NCBI GenBank assembly: GCA_013265495.1
Contig: MU058387.1
Location: 1,426,001 to 1,490,000, forward strand
From: Vicugna vicugna
Taxonomy: Eukaryota
Direction of reading: 5' to 3'
Length of the DNA: 64,000 nt
Part shown: in pieces, positions 24,910-37,900 of the stretch
Numbering within the stretch: the first letter of the stretch is position 1
Layout of the letters: each line of letters begins with the position of its first letter
Program-made: the position numbers and the translations under genes
Notes under the pieces: generated by a model
What the model was told of the DNA's origin: nothing
Seen by the model: the letters and a program-made list of their open reading frames with translations, nothing else
Databases searched by the model: none

Positions 24910-25100
24910 AATCGAGTGCTGCCTCACATTCCAGACACTGTGCTCATCAGCTCTTCAAAGCAACGCTGCAGGGGGGAATTGACATTCCCACTTTATAGAT
25001 TAGGAAATGGAGACTGAGATGAGTTAATAAGCTTGCTCAGTGTCACAAACTCAGTGAGAAGTGGATTTTGGATTTTCTCTCAGCTCCATCTGGCCCCCTG
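24910..25100 (-). mobile_element. MIR SINE
   Basis: 'cccactttatagattaggaaatggagactgagatgagttaataagcttgctcagtgtcaca'. Confidence 0.75.
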
Positions 25101-25834
25101 GGCTTCTCGCACTGCTGTGCTGATCTCGCTGGGCTGGGACTCCTCGGAGACAGTGTTCCAGGGACAGGACGCGAGCAGAGGTGGCATTGGACTAGGTCAG
25201 CACTGAGGACGCGCAGGATCTGAGCTTCTGTAGCTTTGACTGACTAACGTCCTGGCACCTGTTCTCAGGAGCACAGCTATTTTGCCAACCAACCAAACAA
25301 ACAAAACCAGAGAGAGAAAGCATGAACCATGAGGATATAATGATTTCTGTTCATATTTTATTTTTGTATGTAATTGCTATAGAATCATAATTTTATAGAA
25401 AAATTTGTCAGGTAACATGACTCAGGCTCTTTATTTCCCCCCCTACACTCCCAATATTGGGGAAAATAAGCAAGTTATTTTATTCAAAGAATAATTTCAC
25501 ACGAAAGTAGATGTGACACCCGGCTACAAGTCACAAAAAGAAGCTTGGTCACAAAATGAATAGGCCCTGTGGTTTCTATATTGAAAAATGCAGGTGTGAT
25601 AACCAAAGGTGAAATTTTAGGCTTTGGATGTAGCTCCAGGTAAATCCTACATGTAACATTCTATACTAGCAAACGCGATTTATCTGACACATGGCATTAT
25701 GGTGCCTAAAACCACAGGTTCAGCAATCTGATTGTCTCTATTTGAACAGGGGCTTAATAACTCATAATCTGCATGAACTTGCGAAGCACAAATCCTTTGG
25801 ACCTCAGAATATACTTAAGAAAAAAAAAGAAAAA

Positions 25835-26040
25835 GCAGACTTCAAATTTACACTGGTCTGAGTTATCTACTCAATAGCTGTGTATATCTGGGCAAATCGC
25901 ATTCTTTTTCTGTGCCCCAATTTTCTCATCTGTAAAACAAGGATGCTTAGAGAATCTATTACATAGTTTGTTGAATGAAGTACATGTTAAATACTAAGAA
26001 AAATTTGAGGCACATAATCACCATTCAACGAATGTCTGCT
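25835..26040 (+). mobile_element. MIR SINE
   Basis: 'aatagctgtgtatatctgggcaaatc...ccccaattttctcatctgtaaaacaaggatg'. Confidence 0.75.
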
Positions 26041-26083
26041 AGGACAATGTATCGATGACACATTCTTTTTATAAGAGTCAGAT

Positions 26084-26150
26084 AAGAAAGAAAGAGAGAT
26101 TGAGAGACAGGGAGGGAGAGAGGAAGGGAGGAAGGAAGGAAAGAAGGAAA
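26084..26150. repeat. purine-rich (GA/GGGA/GGAA)n simple repeat
   Basis: Read directly from the sequence. Confidence 0.85.
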
Positions 26151-28540
26151 CTGCAGAACACAATCTGGGGAGACATTTTCTTACCACTGCAGATGATTTT
26201 GATTATAACAAAAGTCTAAAGATATTAGCTTACAACACTTCTGTCTGCATCGAATATGGCGCACTTAAGACATAAATGTGTTCAAGGCCAGAAAAGCTGC
26301 AAGACTCAAGAGTATTAGGGAAAATAACAAACTTTCCTGAAATTTCATGTCTCTCTTAAAATTCCATGTTTCCTCCCTTTTGAGGATGTTATTGTTTTGG
26401 ACCAAATATTTCTGGTAGTTCCATGGCTCAAGTGGATGGTCACTGCTAGCTATGAGACCTAACTCAAGTGCTGCAGCCCTGGGCAAGTCAACGTTGGATT
26501 AATTTTATTTTCTACTGTTAACTCCCACTCGATTAAGTGAGCTAAGGCACTGCTAAAGCAGTAAGGTTTATGCCGAATGATGCCACTTATATTGATCAGA
26601 CTTTAATTTTAGCAAATTTATTGGGCTAATCGTAAGTATTATAAGACAATAATTATGTTTACAAAATTTGACTGAACAGAGCAATCTGATGGTGACTGCT
26701 CTGGAATGCAGACATGTCAGAGAATTTTACCAAAAAAGAAGCTATTCTTAGAAAAACATTAAATGAAGGTGCAGAATCCACCTTGGATCTTATTATAAAT
26801 TTGTCTATATTCCCGGGAATGAAATGGGCAAACATATTGATTAAACGTTGTATGTTGAGCTTATAAGTATGTTGTGAAGACGGAGCAACAATCACTCCCT
26901 TGAGGTTAAGAAGCAATGTCACTTGATGTCAGAGGCAAGAAAAATCAACATTCTCTGAGGAAGGTTTCTTTCCTTATGAGCCACTAGCCTTCTTCATCAC
27001 ATCCATTTGAACTGAAGCTCCCCATATTTGCAAAAAATAAATATTAGACTGGCTCTGAAGGTATGCAGTGAGTTAGATGAAGATATTCAGGACTGGGAAG
27101 TGTGTGGCGTTGCTATTTGTATCAGCTTTTCAGCATTGGCTTCTGCCCCAGACAGGACTTGGAGTATGACTCTGTAAGACATGGGTATGGAAATACACAA
27201 GACGTGGTTTCCACATGGTTGGCAGTGGGAGAATCTGCAGAAGTCATGATTAAGTCAACCGTGAATATTAGGATGGACAGGATGAGGACAGGCAGAGAAG
27301 GGGTATTTTGGAGTGGCAGAAGCACGTGGGAAAGCATTTGGGAGGGAGTGAGAAGGCTGCACTGCTGGTTTGTGAGAGAAGATGGAGAAAAACAGCTTGG
27401 GGCGAAACGTACCTCCTAGAGTGTTAAGTGTAGAACGCTCATCAGCCAATGGGTCATGTGACTACTTTATTCTAGGCAACGCAGGCCAGTGTCTTCACGT
27501 TCTTCTGTTCAAGAGCTGCTAAACTTCCTCATCTATACGGAAAATATGACTTATTAATATGTCCCCCAAACAATGTGAACATGTGCTCAGCCTATAGACT
27601 TGGGCACACATTTTCCCTTTCAATTCCTCCCTCACTTTTTTTCTTAAAAAAAAAAAAAAGGTAATTAGAGCACACAGAGTGAATATATTTTAGAACATTA
27701 AAACCAGTAGGACCAAATGTATCAGATTGGAATCATGTAGAGTAAAACATAGTATCAAGTTTCAGCATAAGGAAACAGGATTTTCCATGCTTGTCACTAT
27801 CTGTTGATAATATTAAATAATTTCTGATCTATATGATAAAGAAGATGAAATAGCAAACAAGAAGGTTTAAAAATTATGAGAATTATCATCTTTGTTGTAA
27901 AACTTGTCTCTGAAATTTCCTAGCCAGTGCCTGTATAAGTAACATTTAATGGATATCTGTTGAATAAATAAATGAGTGAAAAAACGGGCACTTCTTTTTT
28001 TTTAAGAAAGGAAAGCCCATCCTTTTTGCCTTTCTTGTAACATGTTCCCAACTATGTGGATGAGTTATTATCACAAAGGGACTCCTATGAATCCTTAAGG
28101 GGGTAGGAAAGAAGAGAGGGGCAGAAGTTTGGAAATCAATCGAGACACGTGGGGTAAAAGCAAATAGTGAATCTCTCCTATTCTGCGTGGAAATGTGGCA
28201 GCAAAGTCAAGCTGAGGGACTTAGCAGGAATGTGTGTTTTCCAACAGAGGGCTGGATTTCATGAGGCATATATGATTCTGCTGAGGCCCGGCATAGATGT
28301 CATTCCGTGTTTCTCTCACTTTCAACCCAGACAAAGAGGAGGTGCTTCCCAGTAAATAAGTGGATGATTTAAGAAGTGATGAGCCAGCCCCTGTACTAAG
28401 CTCCCTCACTTTCCTACTCTTAATGAAGAAATATTTTTCCTGACTTTGGTTTGGGCAGTGAGATGCTGAGCATAGCTGACTTGTAAAGACTTTCAAAATC
28501 GTGTGTGTGCTCTTTTTTTCTGTTTGTTTATTTGTTTGTT

Positions 28541-28752
28541 CAGTACTTCTCAGCCTTGGATGCCTTCATCCCCGAGGAGGTATTTGGCAGTATCTGCAGA
28601 CATTTTGATCATTATAACTGGGGAATTAATATTGGTACTTGGTGGGAAGAAGCCAGGGATGCCACTGAATCCCGTCCAATGCGCAAGACAGGCCAGCGAA
28701 CAAGAGCTTACCTGATGCTAAATGTCAATGGTATTGAGGTTGAAAAGCTCTG
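28541..28752 (+). mobile_element. MER20 hAT-Charlie MITE, full length
   Basis: Termini 'cagtacttctca' and 'ttgaaaagctctg'. Internal 'atttggcagtatctgcagacattttg', 'gccagggatgcc', 'aaatgtcaatggtattgaggttga'. Confidence 0.85.
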
Positions 28753-30042
28753 AGTTAGAGCGAACAAACTCCCTAAGAAATCAAGACATTTAGACCCAGT
28801 GGAACCACTAAAATGTGCCCCGTCAGCTTCACAATCTTGGCTGGATGATGATTGTGTTTGCTCATTATTAAAGTCTTTTCAAAGGGAATATATTGCAATG
28901 CTCAGTGAGCGAATTGAGGCGTAAGGCAGTTACAAGAGGTAGGAATTGACTTTGGCGTACTGCACAGGGCTGTGACTGATTTTGTTTCTCACATTAGCAT
29001 TAGATTTGAAAGTCTAATATGGCATTTGCATTTGTATGATGTGTCACTTGCGGAAATGGTGTCTGCAGTTGAGTAACTCACAGTTCAGAGGCCGTCAGGA
29101 GGTCCTTCCTAGAAACGGCGGTCCATTCGTAATGGACTGTGGGATTGAAGGGGTCCGAAAGGAACCAAAGGTATTACCTTGACAGAATTGCTTTGTGTAA
29201 ACATAATGCAATGCTGTTCAAATAGGAAATTGCCTGAACAATTTCTTCTTCTTTTTTTTTAATTTGTGACAGACTTCCTCCCCACTCAGTGCCATATTTT
29301 GATTTTCAGTCTGATGTGGTTTACCATTATTCCACTGCAAGTATTTGCTTCATAATGAGACTCTGCCACATCAAAATATAAAACCTGTGTAAACGATTCA
29401 TAATAAATAAAACACTTTACATAATGACAGTAGAAAAGCTCCTTTCCCAGTGGAGTTAGTATAGGTTGGTTGATGGAGACGATTAAGGATACATTGCTCC
29501 AAGGAAACGTAGGGACACTGGCATAGGGGTTAGTGGAGGATAATAATACATCACTGCAGCACGTGCCTTCCTGAAAGCGGGTCATCTACAGCAATGAGGA
29601 AGTGATGAGACGTGGGGAAGCTAAGTCCTAGATTTATTAAAAACATCTGCCTCCAAAAGACAAAAATTGGGACATTGTAAGTCATTACGACTAAGTGCTT
29701 TTGCCGTTTCATAAAAGTTTTAAGTAGGTTGATTATGAATTTTAATACCTACCAAAGTGGAAATGTCTTTGTTGTGGTTTCTTTTTCCATATAAATGTTG
29801 AAATTGATATTGATACATATCTGTCAAAATCTACATATATACACATAATATATACATAAATATACAAACTTATATACACACATTTATACATATGTATCTC
29901 AGCCTTGCTTCTGTCTGACACATCTCATTCAGTTTCATTGCAGAGCTGTGATAGTGACATTCTCTCAGGATTCTTTTCTTCTTCCTTCTTCCTTATTCCT
30001 TGTAAGAAAACTGGATTCTTAAAGATAAAATTTGCCTCATCT

Positions 30043-32078
30043 TTTTATTTATTTATTTTTATTCAAGTATAGTTGATTTACAATGTCGTGTTGGTTTCTG
30101 GTGTATAGCATAGTGATTTAGTTATACATCTGTAAAGATATTCTTCCTCATTATAGGTTGTTAAAAGGTGTTGAATATAGTTTCATGTGCTATACAGTGG
30201 GACCTTGTTGTTTATCTATTTTATATATAGAAGTTTGTATCTGCTAATCCCAGACTCCCAATTTATTCCTCCCCACTGCTTTCTTCTTTGGTAACCATAA
30301 CTTTGTTTTTATGTCTGAGTCTTTTTCTGTTTTGTAAATAAGTCCATCTGTATCATTTTTTTTGGATTCCACATATAAGTGATATCATATGATATTTGTC
30401 TTTCTCTGTCTGACCTATTTCACTTAGGACGATAGTATCTAGGTCTGTTCATATTGCTGCAAATGGCGTTATTTCATTCTTTTTTATGGCTGAGTAGTAT
30501 TCCATTGTATATACATACCACATCTTCTTTATTCAGTCATCTGTCACTGGACATTTAGTTTGCTTCCATGTCTTGGCTATTGTAAATGGTGCTGCTATGA
30601 ATACTGAGGTGAATGTCCTTTTCTGAATTAGAGTTTTCTCCAGATATATGCCCAGGAGTGAGATTGCTGACTCATATGGTAACTCAATTTTTAACTTTTG
30701 AAGGAATTATCCATACTGTTTTCCATAGTGACTGCACTATGTGTTCCCTTTTCTCTATATCCTCTCCAGTATTTATGGTCTGTGGACATTTTAATGATGG
30801 CCATTCTGACCAGTGTGACGTGATACCCATTGCAGTTTTGATTTGCATTTTTTTATTAACTATAGATGTTAAGCATCATTTCATGTGCTGGTTTCATGTA
30901 CTGTTGATCTGTTTGTCTTCTTTAGAGAAATGTCTATTTAGGACTTCTACCCATTTTTTGATTGAGTTCTTTGTTTTTTGTTCATTTGTTTGTTATTGAG
31001 TTATATGAGCTGTTTATATATTCTGGAAATTAAGCCTTTGTCAGTCTCATCATTTGCAAATATTTTCTCCCATTCCATAGGTTGTCTTTTTGTTTTGTTT
31101 ACAGTTTCCTTTGCTGTGCAAAAAGCTTATAGGTTTGGTTAAGCCCCATTTGTTTATTTTTGCTTTTATTTCTATTGCCTTGGGAGACTAACCTAGGAAA
31201 ACTTTGGTATGATTTATGTCAGAGAATAGTTGCCTATGTTTTCTTCTAGGAGGTTAATATGGTCTTGTCTTATGCTTATGTCTTTAAGCCATTTTTTTAG
31301 TTTATTTTGTGTATGGTGTGAGGGAGTGTTCTAACTTCACTGATTTATATGTGGCTGTCCCGTTTTCCCAACATCACTTATTGAAGAGACTGTCTTTACT
31401 CCATTGTATATTCTTGCCTCCTTTGTTAAAGATTAATTAACCATAGGTGAGTGGGTTTATTTCTAGGCTTTCTGTTCTGTTTCATTGATCCTTATGTCTG
31501 TTTTTGTGCCGATACTATGCTGTTTTGATTCCTGTAGCTTTGTAGTATTGTCTGAAATACTTTATTCTTTTTCCTCAGTATTGCTTTAGCAATTCTGGGT
31601 CTTTTATCATTCCATATAAATTTTAGGATTATTTGTTCTATTTCTGTGAAAAATGTCATGGATAATTTGATAGGAATCACATTAAATCTGCAGATTGCTT
31701 TGGGTAGTTTGGCCAGTTAACAATATTAATTCTTCCCACCCAAGAGCATAGGATAGCTTTCCATTTCTTTAAATCATCTTCAATTTCCTTTATCAATGTT
31801 TTGTAGTATTTGGCATATAAGTCTCTTGCCTCCAGTTTTATTCCTAAGTATTTTATTTTTTAATGCAATTTTAAAAGGGAATTTTTTTTTACTTTCCTTT
31901 TCTAAATTTTCATTAATGTAAAGCCATGCAACAGATTTCCTTTTGTTAATCTTGTATCCTGCTGAATTCATTTACAAATTCTAGTAGTTTTTGTATGGTG
32001 TCTTTAGGGTTTTTCATATATAGTATCATATATAATATCATGCCATTTGCTTATAGTGACAGTCTTACCTCTTCCCTT
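30043..32078 (-). mobile_element. 5'-truncated L1 (~2 kb: RT C-terminal part to 3' tail), frameshifted, with small internal deletions
   Basis: Minus-strand ORFs 31492-31680 ([39 protein letters not shown]) and 31780-31971 (AGYKINKRKSVA) are L1 ORF2. T-rich tail at 30043-30062. Confidence 0.95.
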
Positions 32079-32622
32079 TAAAGCTAAGATCTGAAAATGT
32101 CTCAAGGTAGCATTAGGTATCCTTTTCAGCCATGATGATTTGAGAAGAGTTAGGTTTAAAAGGCACAGATTTTCCTACAGGGGTGCAGGTGGCAGGAAGC
32201 CTGGCAGCAACCAGCCTGAGGCATTGCCCTTTTCATCTATTTAGAGGCAAATAGAAATGGTTGTTCTTGAGGATAATGCCATCCCTTTTGAAACCGTATT
32301 TTCACATTTTATCCCCTCACTGAAACCTTGACGAGAAAGGAGTGCATTCTGGATGAGCCTTCCTGCTGTGCTGGGTGCCCCATCCTCTCTCTGGGGAATA
32401 TTTAGCCATAAGCATGAAAAGCTGGTAATAAAGAGGATCAGCCTCTAATCTTCTATATGTGTATTTTTGTTATTTTGTTATTTTGAGCAGATCAAGTTTT
32501 TACCCAAAGAAACTTCTAGGATTAATTCTGGACCGTTCTATAACAAGATCTTTTAAATTAAAGGTGTTATATTTAGCAATAAATATTATGTCTAGTTCTG
32601 TACTAAGCAATGTAGATTAAAC

Positions 32623-32836
32623 CAGGTTTCCTCACTGACATTAGGGGCTGAATAATTCTTTGTTGAGGAGAGAGGTGTTCTGCTATAGGGTGGCTTGTTG
32701 TAGGCTGTTCAGAAGCATTACTGGACTCCACCCACCAGATGCCAGCAGCACCTCTCCCCGTAATGACAATAAAAATTTCCCAGTTACCCAGGTGATACTG
32801 GTGATGTTCAGCCAGGACACATTTTGAAAATTGCTG
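32623..32836 (-). mobile_element. MER20-like hAT MITE with a MER5A-like right end
   Basis: 'tgacattaggggctgaataattctttgttg...ccaccagatgccagcagcac' is reverse MER20. The final ~55 bp, 'cccaggtgatactggtgatg..ggacacattttgaaaattgctg', is MER5A-like. Confidence 0.7.
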
Positions 32837-35670
32837 TATTAAAGGATACGTAGATTAAAAGAGGTTACATAGAAAAATGCTTCAATACCTGCATAGAGTT
32901 AGACCTGAGATGGCAGGGATGAGGGGATATATATTACATTTTATAAAATATGTTGATATTTACACCGAATGCTCCTGGCATATAATAAAGTTTATTGCTG
33001 AAAATGTTATAAGCATGAACATTGCATATAGGCCACATTCAATTTAGGTTCTGAGAAAACTAGCAAGAACCCAGAGACTTACAGGAATTCAATAAAGGTT
33101 GACTCATAAAATTAATTATCTAAAGTTTCAAAGGCATGTTCTTTCCACTGCGACTTAAATTGTAGTTTGCCTTCTGCGCTGCTTCTGTGGGAGTATTTTC
33201 ATTAACTACACCCTGGGATTATTCGTGTTTCTTTTATGTGGTAGGTAGGCCTATACCTAGTTCTGTCTTGAACCGTGTCTAGCTCTTCTTAAAAGGAAAG
33301 AACCTACAACCAAAATTCTGCCCAAAGCTGGCCATTGCTGAGAGATGGATAAAATCGTGCTTCGGGATTTGCCAATCTCTTCATTAAAGTGGGCTTTTTG
33401 TCATGGAATTCTCCTTTTCCTAGTAGTTAGAGATACTTTTGCATACTCTGCATATCTGCCTTGTTGTCCTAAATCCACCAGAAAAGTAGTGTGCCCAATG
33501 TTGTTCAGATCTGAAGAAATGAATAAATGATCGAATTTACTTGACATGAAGTATGGATAAAAGGTATCTCCCTTTTAGAGGATGTTTCCAACCCAACTGC
33601 CAGCGGTGACCTCGACAGGCCTCTTTTCTCTGCATATCCCTTCATTCTATTAACACATCTATCCTCCTGGTCATCAGCTGAGCCCCCCCCCCCCAACAAC
33701 TCCCAGTCTATGGGATTACATATCCTCACCGTTTCCTGTGAAATTACTAATGGCTCTCCTCACTTATCACAAACCCCAAATACAATTCTAATAAAGCTAA
33801 AGATGTCTAACCTCTTGTCTTTATCAATATTAACCATTTCTCAGGCATCCCCCTGGGCTTTTCCTTTGTACAAATATGGTGACCCTGAGCTTTTTTTGAT
33901 TCTTGGTTTTCCCAGTTATTTTGTCCTCATAGATATCTTTAAATCAACAATATTCCGTTTATTGAACTTTCTTTCCTAAAAGGGGTCCTACAAGACTTTT
34001 GTTAAAAAGGGTAACTCATCACAATGGCAATGTCCTATTCATTTACATGGGATTTGGTTTTAACCTTTGATCATACCACACTCTGCTTTAGCTTGTTATG
34101 TACTATTTAGGGGCTGAGTCTTCTCCTTTCAAAAAGATTGTGGACTAGTCTTGATCAAGTGCTACATCTTATACACATCCTTTATGGGATCTTGCACTCA
34201 TCCCAGTTATTTGTTTGATAAATATCTAGCCAACTCAGTCAATACAACTCTATTTGCACAAAATCCCAGTTCTTTGAGTCAGGTCTCAGTAATCATCAAA
34301 TGAGGGAAACTTTTGGATCAAAATTTACTCCTGAATACCATCAAATCACAGAATTGAATTTATTTGTACAATTGTTCCTATATGCTTACCTATTATTTTA
34401 TTTTTTCTAATGTATTAATAATTGTGTGTTTCACATGGGATAGAATATTCCTAGATTTTCAAAGTCTTAGTTGGTAACTTCGCAGTCCAGGTTGAGCCCT
34501 TCCTTACTTTTTAATATCAGTTGTTTGTCTGCAAGCATATGCCTTTGTGCACGTTTCTGAGACCCTGAAAGATGAGGAGGAGGTGAAAAGGGAGGGAAAT
34601 TTAACGTCCAGAGGAGGTTCCAGGAAAGTCTGGATTGTAAAGCAGAGCCTGCAAACATCGGTCTCGGGCAGACTCAGGTTCAGAATTCATGAGATAATTT
34701 TCCACCTAGGATTTACTGGCTTTCAGAATCTGGGGAACTTTACTTCTCAGGCAGTGAGTTATTGGATCGAAGATAATGATCAGATTTATTACAAATATTG
34801 TTCTACACAAATGTTAGGATTTGGAGTGAAGTGTCACCTAGTGCTGGCTTTCTGCCAGTTTGGGAAGAGAGTGATACTGCGGAGAAAGTTTAGTATTTAT
34901 TGCGGTATGCTGTTGTCAATGCTGACTGCGTGGAGAGCAACAGGAAATCCTCCTTACTGCCCTAGAGCTTCTCTGATGGATGATCGTTCTGGGGTATTAT
35001 TTTGGGCCCTCAATATCAATCGGTGGCAAGGTTCTAAAAAAGGAATCGATTTAGGATTGTCACGGTATAGTGTAAAGACCCCTGGAGTGAGAGGATTTCT
35101 TCTACACAGTGGTGAGCCATCTCAACACCCTGAATCTGTCTCTTTACCTGGATGCTGGGACAGATCCAAATGCAGATCCTGTTAATATCACTCTCTTTCT
35201 AGAATAATCAATGACAATGTCTCCGGCGGAGCAAGGCAAAATATATTTATTGTTAGCATGCATTTATTGATGGTCTTTTTTTTTTTTTTTCTTTTTAAAT
35301 CAGGAAGTAATCTCAGTGGGCAAAAGGCTTTGCCAATTTCTAAAGCCCCGGGGCTGAGGCTGCAGTAGTCATTGTAATACAATAGGCAAGTTACCAAGCA
35401 GAGAGCCCTCAGGATTCACAAGCTGGGTACCACATGCAATTCAGCCCCTGGGTCTTGATGAATAAAATCCTCTCCCAAGCACAGACTGCCAGGCAGAAGC
35501 TCTTTTGACACAGTTCTGTTTGGATTAGGCAGCTAATTTGAAAGTGGCTATCTGAGCGTCCGCATCCCAAATTCAATCACCACTGCATCTGTCCTGATGC
35601 AGCTTGTGACGAACCAGCTGCCACTGCAGGGTCGTTATTGAGGTCGTCGCTCCTACTCCTTTATCCTCAG

Positions 35671-35854
35671 GCAGTGGCTTTGCACGCAGCCTGGATGGCC
35701 ATCACTCTCAAGCTGCGAGAGCCCTGCCATGCTTCAGTCTGCAGCAAATGCTGGTCGCTGGCTGAAGCAGAGGCAGAGGGACCATTTACCAGTCTCTCTG
35801 CAGGCGCAGGGAAAGAATGGGGATGGCGATGATTCAGTGACCGTGTCCCTGCTG
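35671..35854 (+). other. candidate exon in a CpG-retaining, non-repetitive segment (unassigned)
   Basis: Acceptor 'ctcctactcctttatcctcag|G', donor 'CTG|gtaact', and one frame open throughout. Confidence 0.3.
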
Positions 35855-36344
35855 GTAACTCACAGAATATGTTCGGTTGTCAATACAACCACAGACTCCT
35901 CCTGAATGGTTCTGCCAATTGCCAGTTTAGCAACCTGACTTGTGAAAGAATTTGGCTCTCTCTTTCTTTCTCTCTTTTTTTCCCCTTTCTCTCATAAACA
36001 GTACATCATTTCCTTAATAAATATATGTACATTGAGCAGTTATTTAGGGAATATATTAACCTCTTTTCCACACTTCCTGGTACTAATTTTTTGTTTGTTT
36101 TACATTAAGGAACACTTGATTGTTTAGACTGTCCACTGTATAATTTATCTATAGACTTCACACACAACTAACTCAGCAAGGCTTTCTTATTTAGTTCAAA
36201 CCAGGACCCTATGCCAGGGCAAAGTTCATTACAACTGGAGTCCTTCTACGCCTATCCAGAAGTTAAAAGAATTCTTATTTTAAGCCCAATTCTAAAAATA
36301 ATTTGAAGCAATGAATCCCAGCATAACAATGAATCAAAATACCA

Positions 36345-36470
36345 GAAAAATAATAAAATAAACTAGGAAAAATAATAAAATAAACTAGGAAAGAAAGGAA
36401 GGAAAAGAAACAGAAAGAAAGGAAGAAAGGAAGGAAGGAAGGAAAAAGAGAGAGAGAAAGAAAGAAAGAA
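36345..36470. repeat. 22-bp perfect tandem duplication followed by (GAAA/GGAA/GA)n microsatellite
   Basis: gaaaaataataaaataaactag occurs at 36345-36366 and 36367-36388, followed by the purine tract. Confidence 0.9.
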
Positions 36471-37719
36471 CAAATAATAAGCCTTCAGGGCATGATGCGA
36501 AAGTCATTCTCCAGGTAAGTTTGGTGATTTTTGAAGTGTCTCTGGGAAGTGGTGACTCGGATGTATGTCTATTGTCCAGGTGTTTAAGAGAGGATAAGCC
36601 ATGTGTCAGACACAGCGGTGGTCCTTTCCAGGATATACTTTTATAATCTTCAGAGTAAAACTCCAGTATGGTACTGATTATTAACTCCGCTTCAGAGAAT
36701 TGGAAAGAGAAACTGGACAAGGAAACTCACTTGCCTGAGCTGACAGATTGCAAATACCTACCTGGTATCGAGTATGGATCATCTTTTCTTTCTCTTTCGT
36801 CTTCTGGGTATTTTATAAGCACATTGAAGTGGGATTGCATATATATTCATGTAAACTAAATTTTATGTACTTTTTGAGCAAGGAATAGTTCTATTTCAAT
36901 TTTTGATATGGAAACATGGAAAATGCTTAGCTATTCCTCCTTCCCTGGCAGGATTAAAGCGCCAACCAGGAAAGGCCAGGTGTTCAGGGCATGGTCGCCT
37001 TTGTTTCTGCAGAGTCACAAGCTGCACCTCAAACATCATTGTCCACGTGCTGCCAGGGAAGTTAGGCGAGAAGGCAAGACCAAGCCCAAGTCAGCTTTTT
37101 GCTGTTTACAAAAATAGGTTGAAGTTTCCACCATGATGGAAATGTTCAGTTTTATCAACTGCCTAGCAGAACAAAAACATTTACCATTTAGAGACCTTCT
37201 TACCTCTAACAATAGTTTACATTTTCTATTTTTCCTTACAAATGGGTAGACTCAAACTATTCTTAGATATTCCCACCAGTACGTTATGTTGTTTACAAGA
37301 ATTTGTTCATTGGATTTGCTACTCTGTCTACACATCAGGAAGTGAAAGCAATCATGTTGGTGTTGGGTTAAATAAAATGTCTTTGAAATAAAATTAGACC
37401 TACACATTTCTTTTGTTCTCTTATGTTTGTCATGTAAAGTGATAATGTTCTTTCTTTTATCCACATAGGTACAGTCTAAATGTTCGATTTATTTGCTTGT
37501 TCTTACAATCATGTGTCCCACGGAACTATTTTGTAAGTAAAAAAGAATCATCACTTTTGGACAGTTTCAAAATTCCCAACACCAGGGTCTCCAGAAATAC
37601 GCTGGCAAACGGCAATGAAGACTTAAACTAGGCTTTTTGTTTGTTTATTTTTGCTTTGTTTTGTTTTTAGTCATGAAGTCCCATAAGACTATTAGAAAAT
37701 GACACATGTAATAGTGATG

Positions 37720-37900
37720 GACAGGAAATCTGGAGTCAGAACTGAATTTTAACTCCTGCTACTCCACTTACTGAGACGTCTCAGGCAAGTTACTTTACCT
37801 CCCTAGACGCACACTGGCACTTGTTGAATGGGTGTTGCTCCTTTTTCATATGCTTGTTGTAAGAATTGCATGAGATAATATAGAGAAGGTGCTAAACAAA
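37720..37900 (+). mobile_element. MIR SINE
   Basis: 'tggagtcagaactgaatttt..ctactccacttactgagacgtctcaggcaagttactttacctc...tgttgtaagaattgcatgagataat'. Confidence 0.7.

Noticed and set aside
25195..25216. RE1/NRSE-like 'tcagcactgaggacgcgc'
   Set aside because: The right half-site lacks the conserved GGACAG; too many mismatches.
30613..30999. 128-aa + strand ORF
   Set aside because: Antisense frame of the minus-strand L1.
30015..32095. TSD for the 2-kb minus-strand L1
   Set aside because: Only partial similarity (ttaaagataaaattt vs ttaaagctaagatct), and it is not adjacent to the tail.
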